A DNA stretch of 64,000 nucleotides from Podarcis bocagei. Lineage: Eukaryota. A model generated the notes under the pieces. The model saw nothing but the letters and a program-made list of their open reading frames with translations, had not been told where the DNA came from and searched no databases. The translations under genes were made by a program, and so were the position numbers. Position 1 is the stretch's first letter. Every line of letters begins with the position of its first letter. Location of the stretch: the NCBI GenBank assembly GCA_964188305.1, contig OZ076885.1, one strand, 5' to 3'. Positions 38,301 to 50,300 of the stretch are shown here, piece by piece.

Positions 38301-41300
38301 ATCAATTGTGTAATCCATTACAGTGATTCAAAGATAAAGTGTAGGTCACCTTCTTTAATTTTTCCTTTTAGAAGTATCACCAGATCTTCTTATACTCAGA
38401 GCAGACGTGCCCAGGGCATGCCACATAAAGCTCATTTTGCATTGTACAGAAACTCTAAGCAAATGCTTTTACCTGGAATTACTGCTTCGTCCCTGTGGTG
38501 AAGGAGTCTCTCTTTTCACTGTCGGGCTGTGCTTTATAACAGAAGACTTTTGATCCACAAGTGCTCGTCTATTTCCTGAATAAGAGAGGAAGCAGAACAA
38601 GAAAACAGTTACTGAAAAGGATGCCCAAGTCCAAGAACGGTACCAATGAGACACACAAAAGTCAGCTAACACTTAATTAAATGGACATACAAAGAAACTT
38701 GGAAAAGCAGCAGCATATTTTGTATTATTGCATCATACATCGGCAGAAAACAGTAATGGGAATGAGACAGAGACAAAAGAGAAGATGGTAACAAGAGCAG
38801 AAGGTGAAAGGCAGGAGTTTGGCTGCTCTGCATGCATTTCTGCCACAAGAACCATCTTCTGATTAGGCAACATATGGAAAAGCAATGTGTTACGGGAGTG
38901 TGACTAGTAGAAATCACATGATACTGGCTTCCAGTGGAAAAATTGCCCAAAAGACAGGCACAAGAATGCTGGCTGGGAGTTGGTATGTCATGCACAGTTC
39001 ATAATGCAAGGAACCCACCTTCATTGCTTACTGGCCCAGCTTCAGTAATAATCTCCATTATAGTATTTAGCCCAAATACTGGGACACAAAATAAACAATT
39101 AGTAGTGCACTGCAAAATCACCACCATTTTTATATTTGATTAGTTAATTGATTAATCCCCTCTCTTTCAGAAACAGCCCTAGATTAATGTTGGGGAACAT
39201 CTACATTGGGGTGGTCCATATAACAGCTTCCCCCATGGCTAAATAGGAATAAACTAAACGTGGAAGGAAAACTTAAGGAAGAGGTATTAACTAGCCAGTG
39301 TAGCAGGGGAGGTTTCCTACATTCCCTGTTCTATCGGCCCACCTGTAATGGTGCTTGTTCTTGATTTGGTCCTGGGATTAGCACTGCCCTTGTATGCCTT
39401 GTGAGCATTAGCTCGGCTCATTCAGTATGGTAGAGAGACTCAAAACAATCATCTCTGTAGAAGCACATTTTGAAACAAATTTCCCAACCCTAATGGCTTC
39501 GAAACACAAAATCACAAGCTCTAATTTCTACTGTAGATGTGTCCTAACCTGATTTAAGGTCACTTGAAGGCTCAAAAGTTACTCTGAACCCCATTCAATT
39601 CAGGAATAATGCTTCTATTTTAGGAATTATTGTCATCTTTTATTTCACAGGAACTGCAAAAAATAAAGCTTATCTCCCTTCAGAACATGAAGGTAAATAA
39701 AACTAAACATTAATGAATAGTTGAAAAGGGTAATGAAACAATGGCAATGAATGAAATGAAAAAATATCTAGCCATCTTGTATCTCAAAGAATTCAAACAT
39801 TAAGAAAATTGATATTTACCTGGCATACACAAATCATTAAAATGTAGAGTTGGAATGGTCCCCCAAGGGTCATCTCGCCTAAATATCTACTATCATGCCA
39901 TCCCCACCACCCAACTAGTATGATACCTGTCAGGTCAGTCAGGTTATAATTTTTCTTTATATATGAAACTGACTAAATTACTGACAATTTTATCCTATAG
40001 AAAATTGGAGATGCCACATGGAACAAGAGTCATCAAGAAATGGCAATAAACTGCAGAAGATGAGACACAAAGCATGGAAAGACACAGAAAAACCCATCAC
40101 TGTTTTCTTCCAATGTGTGTTATCAATAATAGGTTTAGCTAACAGAAGATCTCTGCACAAACAAATGTAGGAATATGACTAAATGGAAATATCCCCAGAG
40201 ACCATGCAGAGTCTTCACCAAACTACTCACAGTCCTTCTGCGTTGGTTTCTGGTTTTTCTACACACACACACACACCCCTAAGAAAATGTTAACTCTTAT
40301 CCAAAGCAAAGTCCAATGCAGCAACACAAAACTAACTTTTGGCCTTTATTACTAAAAGGTCAAAGGTCAGCAAACATCATACCAACCTTCATCCACATCC
40401 CTTCCCACTTCCAGATTAAAGTAATCTTTACCGATGAAAATGGAGAGGGGGAAGAAATAAATAAAATCAACTTATTAAAAACAACTTATTAAAAATAAAG
40501 CATTCTTCCAGCTGAGCAACCAAAAAAATTCAATGCAAAATCAAACAATGGTAAATTAGATTATCTTTCCTTTAACAACAGCAATGACAAAAACCAACTG
40601 TAGTACAGATAACATGGAGTAATTTCTACAGATTCTACTCCATATTTTTCAAGATTTAAGAAGTCTACCTTAGGCTAAGTCCTATTGCTCCAAATGAATG
40701 GCTTTCAATAATTTTCCTCTTAAGGTAAGTTTTAGCCCTTTAGATAAGGGACAATTAAAATGTGATAGCCTTTCCCATGAAAGTGTTTCACGTAACTGGT
40801 GAAAAGTTGAAAAGGTTGGTCTCCCTCTATCTGGGCTGACAGTGTCCATGTGCCAGGAGAGCCAACAGCAGTGATATGCAGCTGTATACATCTGAGGCAA
40901 CACACACACACACACACACTAAGGATATGCTTGCCACATAGACTGTTGCCAGGGAAAGGGCTTTTAAGCTGCCTCCATGTGGGGTTTGTGAAATTAAATC
41001 AGTCCAGAGGATTAAGACTTTGCATTCACTTTATGCAAAATCTCTTTCCACCAAATTGCATCTCATACAGCCGGTGCATTAAAATAAAGACAGACCAAAA
41101 ATAATACTCTCTTCCATACAAAAAAGTGTAATTAATAGTCACTTAAAGAATTCTGCTTAAGAAATCTGAAGCATCACTCAAAATGAATTCCTAATTCTAG
41201 ACTGCCTGGTTTCCCAAAATGATTTTTTTAAGGGTTGGGTGTAATTCTGTGACTGCTTGGCAATCAAAGGGATTCTGAGAGCAGTAAAAGGCAAGGAAAA

Positions 41301-44300
41301 GTGATTACCTTTCAGGCTAGGAAATGGAGTGTTTTTGTCTCTCCCAGCTTTGGTTGGAAGGGCTAAATTGGACAGACTAAAGCTTGTGCTGTGGTTCTTG
41401 TATAGGCTACCTATAACAAAAATAAAATAAATCAAGTGATCTAATCATCCCCTTATCTCATTCAGAAATTTACTGTGCAGTTTACATCTGAACAGCTTTC
41501 TGCACTCTGGGATAAACTAGACATGACCTTAAATGCAGCATAAAGGTTTTTAAACATGAAGGTAGCATCAGCTGGTTGGCACTAATGAGAAATTCCCCCA
41601 CCCCAAGAACTTCCAGTTTCAGAAGTGGGGTTTCATCAGGACCACAGCAGAAAAGATAGGCCTGACGGGCTGCCCTTCATGGCCCCTTCAGCACTTACTG
41701 GGCCCTTCCCAGTGCCTGTCATCACTTGGGTCTTCCAATGGCATTGCTACTGCAGAAGACAGCATTGTCATCCTCCTTGTGCTTTTCCATGGGCATATTC
41801 ATAGTGGAAGCAGCCCTGTAACAGGCCACAAGTTGGGCAGCTACTTGGCTTCCAGGTCACTATGTACTTTTGGCTATAAAGTAAGCTTTCACGTGAAGGG
41901 CAGGGGAAGTTGCTAGTAGCCTCCTCCTTCCTCTTATGTATGGCACCACAAACACCCAAAGGGAAGGGATGCAACAGCCTGCCAGCCTCCCCTTCCCTTG
42001 TGAAAATAACAACAACATTTATACCCCACCCATCTAGCTGGGCTTCCCCAGCCACTCTGGGCGGCTCCCAACAGAATATTAAAAACACGATAAAACATCA
42101 AACATTAAAAACATCCCTAAACAGGGATGCCTTTAGATGTCTTCTAAAAGTCAGATAGTTGTTTATTTCCTTGACATCTGATGGAAGGGCATTCCTCAGG
42201 GCGGGCGCCACCACTTTGCAAGAGCTCCAGGGGAAGGCTGTGGCCATAGGAGCACCACTACCAGGTAGGCAAAGGATGGCAGGTACAGGGGTGGAACTAG
42301 GGCATGAGTCCCAGTGAGCTTTGCTGGGGCATGTGGGTCCCAGCAAATGACAGGTCTGAGGAGGAGGAAGGAGGTTTGATCCCCAAAATTAGCAGCCCAT
42401 CAACTGATACCATTTCAATTTCAAAAATCTGCATGTTACCACATTTAGCATCATGTGTAGTTTTGCCCTCAACAGCAGGCTCTCTCTCCCTCTATGAGAA
42501 ATGGAATAGTTCCTTACTTCTGCTACAACTCATGAAGATATTTTTGAAATGAGACAAGGGGAGGAGGAGGCAGAATAAACACTTTACTTGTTTATCCTGT
42601 TCCTCTACTTCTCCATTTAATTTATTCAATGAAATGAATGTATTTAATTCAAAATCTTGACATTCCATCATTTACATTCCACTATCTCATTCTTAAAATG
42701 TGCAAGGCAGTTAACATTCAAATCATTTAAAACATCAAATCGACACAGCAGATAAAATTCAGCTTTAAAAAAGACTGGGAACTAACACAATGGTTAGGTA
42801 GGATCAAGAGCATGTGAGACCACAGACCTGCTGGAACAAAAATTATTTTAGCTGATGTCTAAATGTCACTAGAGAGGCAGCCACCCAGGTCACCCCAGCC
42901 TGGGTGCTATTGTGGAAAAAATGACAACTGGTAACCAGAGTAGCACATTCAAGTTTATTGGCCCAAGGCTTTAGGTAACCAGCTCTTTAAACTGGGCTCT
43001 GAAACAGACCAGAAGCCAGTTAAATTGATAGAGTAAGAGCTCATCCAGACTTCCTTTGTGCCATATTTCTAGGCAGAGCTTTGCACTTCAAGGCACTGTG
43101 TCCAAGCACTCTTTTTTTTTTTTATCCCAGCCTTTTCCCACTCTTTATCGTTGAATTGGAGCAAACGGCAAATCGGAATTGCCGTTTGTTCAAATTCAGT
43201 ATTAAAGAGTGGGTTTTCCTGGGGAAAGCTCTGGAGGAAAAAAAAGTGTTCAGACATGGAGCTTTAAAGCACACACCTGTGATTAGAAAGTGCGGAGCCA
43301 AACGCAAGTGTGGATGAGCTCTCACTCTCCCCCAAAATCTGAGTCATGCCGAAATTTTGTTTGCTGGTTTTTGCACTAGTTGTAGCTTCTGTACATTTTC
43401 CCCAGACAATCCACTTAAGGCACATTATAATACTTCAAACTTGATGTAACCAGTGCATACACAACTTCGGCTATTATCTGCCTTCTCCAGGAACAGGTAC
43501 AATTGGTGCACTACCTGATTGTTCAAAGGGAGCGGGACCCCACACAAAACACAGGTGAACCACTATTTTTGAGACAGCAGTACTATTGAACAGGAGAATT
43601 AGTAGCTCTATGACAATGTTGCTCACCTGACGTGATTGGATACAAATGAGGGTAGACCTGAGCTAGCTCTCTCCCTTCCACTGCATTCTCATCTCCTGCC
43701 CCTCCATTGTTGGTGTTTTGGAGGGCAAATATCTGCAAGCAGGGAACTTTAAGTGCATGGAGATCTAGGACGAATACAGTAGGCTGCACACTGCAGTTGT
43801 TTGCCATACAAGGACAACAGTGGGGCTGTGAAAAGTTAACTAGCACATCCCAGCTACAGTGATTCCTCTATTGCATGAGGACACCACCTGAATAGGGTTT
43901 GTGCCCTATCTGAACTAATTTCAAAAAGGAGCTAGCAACACCAACCTTGTAGAAAAGAGCACTACATAACTAGGGCCCATCACCAAACATGTCTTGTTGC
44001 TAGTTTCTGTCAACCTCACTCACCCCAGTTGGAGAAAGCTCATGGAACAGGTCCCACCAGAAGATCTCAACGCCCAAAGCTGATTCCAAAGCTATGAAGG
44101 GCTTAACTTTTCAGGATGTCATGAAATGAGTGTGGGGCTTCTGCTCAATTCCATGGCACTATGTCCTGTGGAATCCATAAAAGTTCCATCTCCACCCACC
44201 CCCTTGCTGTTTAATGTCTATATGAAACCACTAGAACAACTCGTCCTGGAATTTAGGGCTCAGTGCCATCAATGTGCTTAAGACACTCAGCTCACTCATT

Positions 44301-47300
44301 CTCTATTCCATCTGAATCAGGAGAGGCTGTGCAGGACTGGTGCCTAGGGGCAGTGACGGACTCAGTGAGAGCCATTAATCTGAAGGTGATTAATGTAAAA
44401 TGTACGATGGAAGTGCTATAGGTGGGTGGTCCAAGTCCAGGAATTAGGGAGACTCCCTATGAAGGAACAAGCACATAGCATGGGTGTTCTTGATTCAAAC
44501 CTGCCATTGGAGACACAGGTGGCCTCAGGGATCAACTATGACTGGTTAACCATCTAAAGACGCTGTTTGACCAGGATAGCCTGAAATCAATAATTCATGT
44601 ACAAATAACCTCACAAATGTAGGGGAGGGATAAGGGAGCAATTTGATTCAATTCACATTTAAAGCTGAAAATATCAAATCTGCACTTTTCAAAACAATAT
44701 GGGAAACGGTCTTCCCTCAAAATTTGCGCTTATCTGAATTTTGTGATGCAGTTCTCCAACCCACATTTACAAAAATGCATACCGTATTTTTCGCTCTATA
44801 ACACGCACCAGACCATAACACACACGTAGTTTTTAGAGGAGGAAAACAAGAAAAAAATATTCTAAATGAAACAGTGGATGTATGATTTTTGTGGTTCATG
44901 CTGTGGCCACAGACATGTGATCTGACAGTGAGTTTGGAGTAGCCCAATACAAAAATCCCTGAGGATCCATGTGGATCCATGCTTTGTAACCACGTTTTTG
45001 CACCACTGCGACCCCAGGCAACAGTGGATGCGTGATTTTTTTGGTGCAAGATGTAGCCATGGACATGCTATGTGATCTGATGGTGAATTTGGGGTGACCC
45101 AGTGCAAAAATCCTGAGGATCCATGTGGATCCGTGCTTTGTAACCACGTTTTAAGTGGGGAGGGAAGGAAAAGCACCCAAGGGACAAGGAGCACGCATGG
45201 GGTGTGTGGAGAAGGATGCTGCTAATAATGCTATTTAGCGAGCTGAGTGGGGAGGAGAGAGGGACAGAGAGCCTGCTTGCTTTAAAGGAGCCAATCGGAC
45301 AGGAGCTGCTTACACTCATGTAAGCAGCTCCTCTTCTCTCCCGCTTTGCTCCTTTAAAGCAAGCAGGCTCTCTGTCCCTCTCTCCTCCCCACTCAGCGGC
45401 TCTTCTCCCACTTTGCTGTTTCAAAGCAAGCCACGGAGGAGGGAAGGAAGGGGAACCATGGATCCTCTGCTCACGACTGCAGCAGATCCCCCCGCCACCC
45501 GTAGGCATTCGCTCCATAACACGCATAGACATTTCCCCTTACTTTCTAGGAGGAAAAAAGTGAGTGTTATGGTGCAAAAAATACGGTATATGAAATTGCA
45601 TAGAAATGACTATACTGGTGAAAATAACATACAAAATGCATCATATTAGGAGAATTTGCTTGCAGAAATGTGGGCATCAATCAAAAGTATATACAAATAT
45701 GTGTTTATGAGGAGAAATTCAGGCTAAAATCGTGAAGCATTTTCACAAGGCTTTTTTCTTAATTTATTGCAAATTGCTTCAGAAATGTGGGGAAGTGAAG
45801 AGAAGATTGGTAAAATGAACAACTGAGAGAACCAAAACTGATAGATTCTTCCATACCTAACCTGGGGTTACCCTTGAAGACAGCCCAGAAGCAGCAGCAA
45901 CTGAAGAATGTAACAGCAAGGCTGTTAAATAGGGGAAGTAGATGGGATCATTTTACAGCAATCATCAGAGCTCTGCACTGACTGCCTGTGAGCTACTAGG
46001 GCAAATTCCAGGTGTTTGTACTGATGTAATTAAGCCCCAAATAGCTTGAGGCCAAAGCAAATTGAAAAGCACCTCCCTCATAGAGCCATCTCGGTGGCAG
46101 ATCCACAACTGACAAACTCCCTCCCCATGGAATTTGTGTTGTTTCCCACATAGTTACTATTTAGACAATAATAAAACATATTTTGCCACTTTGTCATTTT
46201 GGCCATAAATTGGTCCTGAGATTGAACAGTACAATGTTATCATGCTGCTTTGTTATACTATTTTTAATTATCCACTGTATTTTTTATGTTGTGCACCACC
46301 CTGAGCTCCTTTAGAAGGAAGGGCAAGATGTAAATGAAAATCATCATCATCATCATCATCTTCACACCAGTTCCTGCTATAGCCTTTGCATATGGTTTAT
46401 TATACCTGCAAACCTCAGCAATTGTGAAAGAGGAAGCAAAATGTAAATATTAAGGGTCACAGAGGACATAGCATACTATTAGTACTGAGTAAGTGACTAT
46501 TAGTACTGATTAGTACACTTCCTTCATTCAATTTGGCACCAAGCACACCAACGTTGCTCTCTGAGCTACCCAGACTAATTTCCAGCTCCCAGTTCCAAGG
46601 TCTGCTCCCTAGTGCTAAAATTTAACCAAACCCAGTTCCTATTCTTCTCTACTAAGCCAAGACTCCTGTTGCTTCCCTTTCCTTCTGCTTTTGCAAAAGA
46701 TGCAAGCAGTAGATGAATGTCATGTATTAAGCAATAGCCAATGACTTTCACAGGGCTGGTGCCTTTGGGTCAAATACTTTATTTCAATTAAGTATTCTTC
46801 TTTCTGTGGGTCTCTTCCCCACTTTCTTCCCACCTGCTGTTCAAATTTGCAAATAAGAAACAATTATACATACTGGCAAAGGACATAATGCCCCCAAAAC
46901 CTTCACTGCTGTTGTTGGATATTGTAGAATTTGGGGAACTGGCATGGGAATCCGATTCCGCATCAGACTCGTTGCCTAGCTTTAAGCTGTTGGGGCGCAG
47001 AGGCTGCAGAGGCCTATAAAAGAAAAGACAACGGTTACATTGTTGGCATCGTTATGTATCCTGCAACTCAAAGTTTGTTGGGACCCATCTCATATCAGTA
47101 ACACAAACAGCTGATTTAGCTGTGGTGTCAGTTTGGCAGTTGCCATGTCAACTGATGCCTATTTTAGAATAGAGCAAGTATGAAAACAAAGGCAACAGAG
47201 AAGTAATCTTCTGCAGATTCCAAGTACCAGCCATCTACCAAAACAGAAAACATATTGGAATACTTCCAGGAGAATAATTACAGGCCTCTTCTCCAAGTAA

Positions 47301-50300
47301 TTATATGTTCCACTCAATACAGGGACTCATCAAAGTGCTGTGGTCCCAAGCTGCTACATATGTGGTTGTGAATACTGTAACAATGTGGCCAAATCATGAG
47401 ACTTTTCCCTCCAAGTTGTCATTGTCCATACCAGCTGGCTGTCACATGGGGAAAACCCACATAGATCCTTCCTTCATGTGTTCCCCCAAGTGGTGCAGGA
47501 CTGCACCAGAGAAAAGATGCTTCCTTGATACTGTGGGTCCTGAAATGCTGATGTGTTTAATATATATCCCTCTAGGTCTGAGGGAATATGATAAAGACCT
47601 AAGAAAATCATTAGAAGATATCTGAACTGCAGGGGGATTTTCGGAGGATAATGCATGGTACTAAGCACAAATTAACAAGATTAGTAAAATTCCAGTGTGG
47701 CCTTCATGGAGTCCTGAATATAGTGATATCTCACCGATTGCCATTGAGGTTCTGATTGAACTTCGGTGTATAGCTTTCTTCCTGTTCATCCTCTTCTTCC
47801 TCTGCTGGAAACCCATACTGTGGCTCAAAGTATGGGTTATCATACTCTCTTTTCTTCACCATTCCATCCACGGAACTCAAACTGTTTGCTGGATTCTCAC
47901 TATCACGACGTTCAACACTCATTTTGGGAAAACTTGGTTGTAAAGGCAAACTGGGGAGGTGATTTGAAAATCCAGCTACCATCTTCTCCTCCATCTCTGC
48001 TGAATCAGCAGACTCCTTTGTAAAACAAACAAAAATCCAATTTGTCTACAAATACATATCCACCTAACACCTGGTGTCAGGCCCAAGAGGGCCCTAAGAT
48101 TCTGAAGGCCAATTGTTATCTTTATTTCTAACATTGCCTATACTAAATGAGCTTACATCATCTCCCTGCAATTTTGTCTCCCATGTCTAACATTTCACAA
48201 TTTATTTGCCGCATTAGACCAACTGTTTTCTATATAATAAACTGTATTAATATTAAATGTTCATCCATTTTCTAACACTTCTTAAATTGTCTCAAATATT
48301 GTCTCATGATTTCATCACTGTACTAGCTCATCACTACCTCTAAAGAAACATGGCTGCTCACTTGAAAAATTCCATCCAAGGTACAGTGTTGTTCACAGGG
48401 CTTCCATACAGATCTATGTATAATACTTATTTCACAAAAAATCCAATAATTATATATCATAACCAGTCTACTTCTCCACTCTCAGATTTTAATTGTTTTA
48501 AGCATTCCTGTATTTTATTGGTGAGGAATGAACCATATGACTGCAGTTCACCATAGTTTTATATCAAATACGTAATTGTGACATATCTCAAATACATAAT
48601 AGTGACATAAATTCACTGTCATCTACTTTTCTCTAGTCACATTGGTCATGTTTTCACATCACGGTAAGTCATAAACCATGGCTTCCCATCCATGAGCCAA
48701 TCATGCCCAGTTTGCTTCTCCCCACAAGAGCTAAGAAGGGGGATGAGCACAATCCTTGGCTTAGTGTTATGGATCATAGTTTGTTTCCTCCATGTACTAC
48801 CAGGGAGAACAAAAGAGCCCAGAGAGGTCCATTCATTGTAAACTAATAACCATGGTTTACTGTGATGTGCATACCAGACCAATAAATATTAAGAACACAA
48901 AATGACAAGAGTTTTTTTAATTATTCATTCTCCATGCATCTTCCAAAAAGAAGTCCAAAGCAGCTAAGAAATCCTTTCCATCTCAAAGCTTCAAGGAGCT
49001 TTATGCCTCAGTCTTTGCCTCAGGCTGATAAGAAGTGGTTCATGAGGGAACAAATGCCCCAAACAAATCCAGCCTTTGATGAAGACCAAAGTAGTAAAAC
49101 TCCAATCATCTTCAGGGTCCTTCCTATCATTCCTGTATCTCTTGCCTCCCTTACTTATACAATAAGCCCCATTACACACATGATTCACTCCATGGATGAC
49201 AGTGCTGGGGCTGCTGCTGGCTGTAGTGCTTGAACTTGACCGAGGCTGATTGTTGTCTTGGGAGTTTTCACTATCAGGGGCTTGTTCATCCATATCACCC
49301 GAGTACTCCTGGAAGTCATCAAATTCCACTTCACTTGCATCACCCAGAGCTGCATGGGTTAGAGGATCCACATCTGTAAATAGATATTATACACATAAGT
49401 TCATAGGGTCAACAAAAATCACAAAGGCCCAGTCTGCATGTAACACTAAGGCAAACCATGGCTTAGCATGTCCTCCTCCCTGATCCTGCTGCCGCCATGC
49501 TGCCTAGGCTAAGTGATGGTACGGCTTAACATTACATCTGAATCTAGGCTCATGGTTCGTCTCCTTCAGACAAACCATGAGCAGTAGACCAATACCAAAC
49601 TTTAGTTACAGGTTGTGGTTTGTCTGGAGCAAGAAAAGCCATGGTCCCAGATAAGGTGTAACTCTATGCCAAACCATGACTTAGCCTACAAAGCAAGGTG
49701 GCAGTAAGACCAGTGGTGGGGAGCAGCTGGGAACTTTCATATTTGCGAATTTGCCATTTGAAAACTGGATCAAAATCTAACTCTAAACAGCAAAATATGC
49801 AAGCTATTCAAAATGTAGCTTTATAATTCTTTACTATAGGGGTAGCTAACAATTTTTTTTGCCTGTAGGCAGCATTCACCCTTGTCCAACTCTCTAGGGG
49901 CCATATGCCAATGGTGAAAGCGGCCAGATGTGGATGTGGCCACCTACACTCTCATACACAGGCCCTCCTTGCTTATCATATGATTGATCTGATGAGTGCG
50001 AAGGGAGCTATTTGCATCCACATTAGGGCAGTGGCCACAGGGCATCCCAGCACTATGTTCTACTTTTTTGCCACCCTTGCAAAAAACTAGTGGGGTCTGA
50101 GTTGGGGGACGGGAAAAAATGCTCGGGGACCACATCATCATGTGCCTGGGTCATGAGTCAACCACTCCAGCTTTAAAATGTAAAAAATAAAGGGAAGTAG
50201 TGTCCACGTCCATTTACTTGATGAGAAAATATGAAATTTACAATGTAAGTACTGACCAGAAACCTCAATAAAACAAAAGCCAGATTTTCTCCAGTATGGC

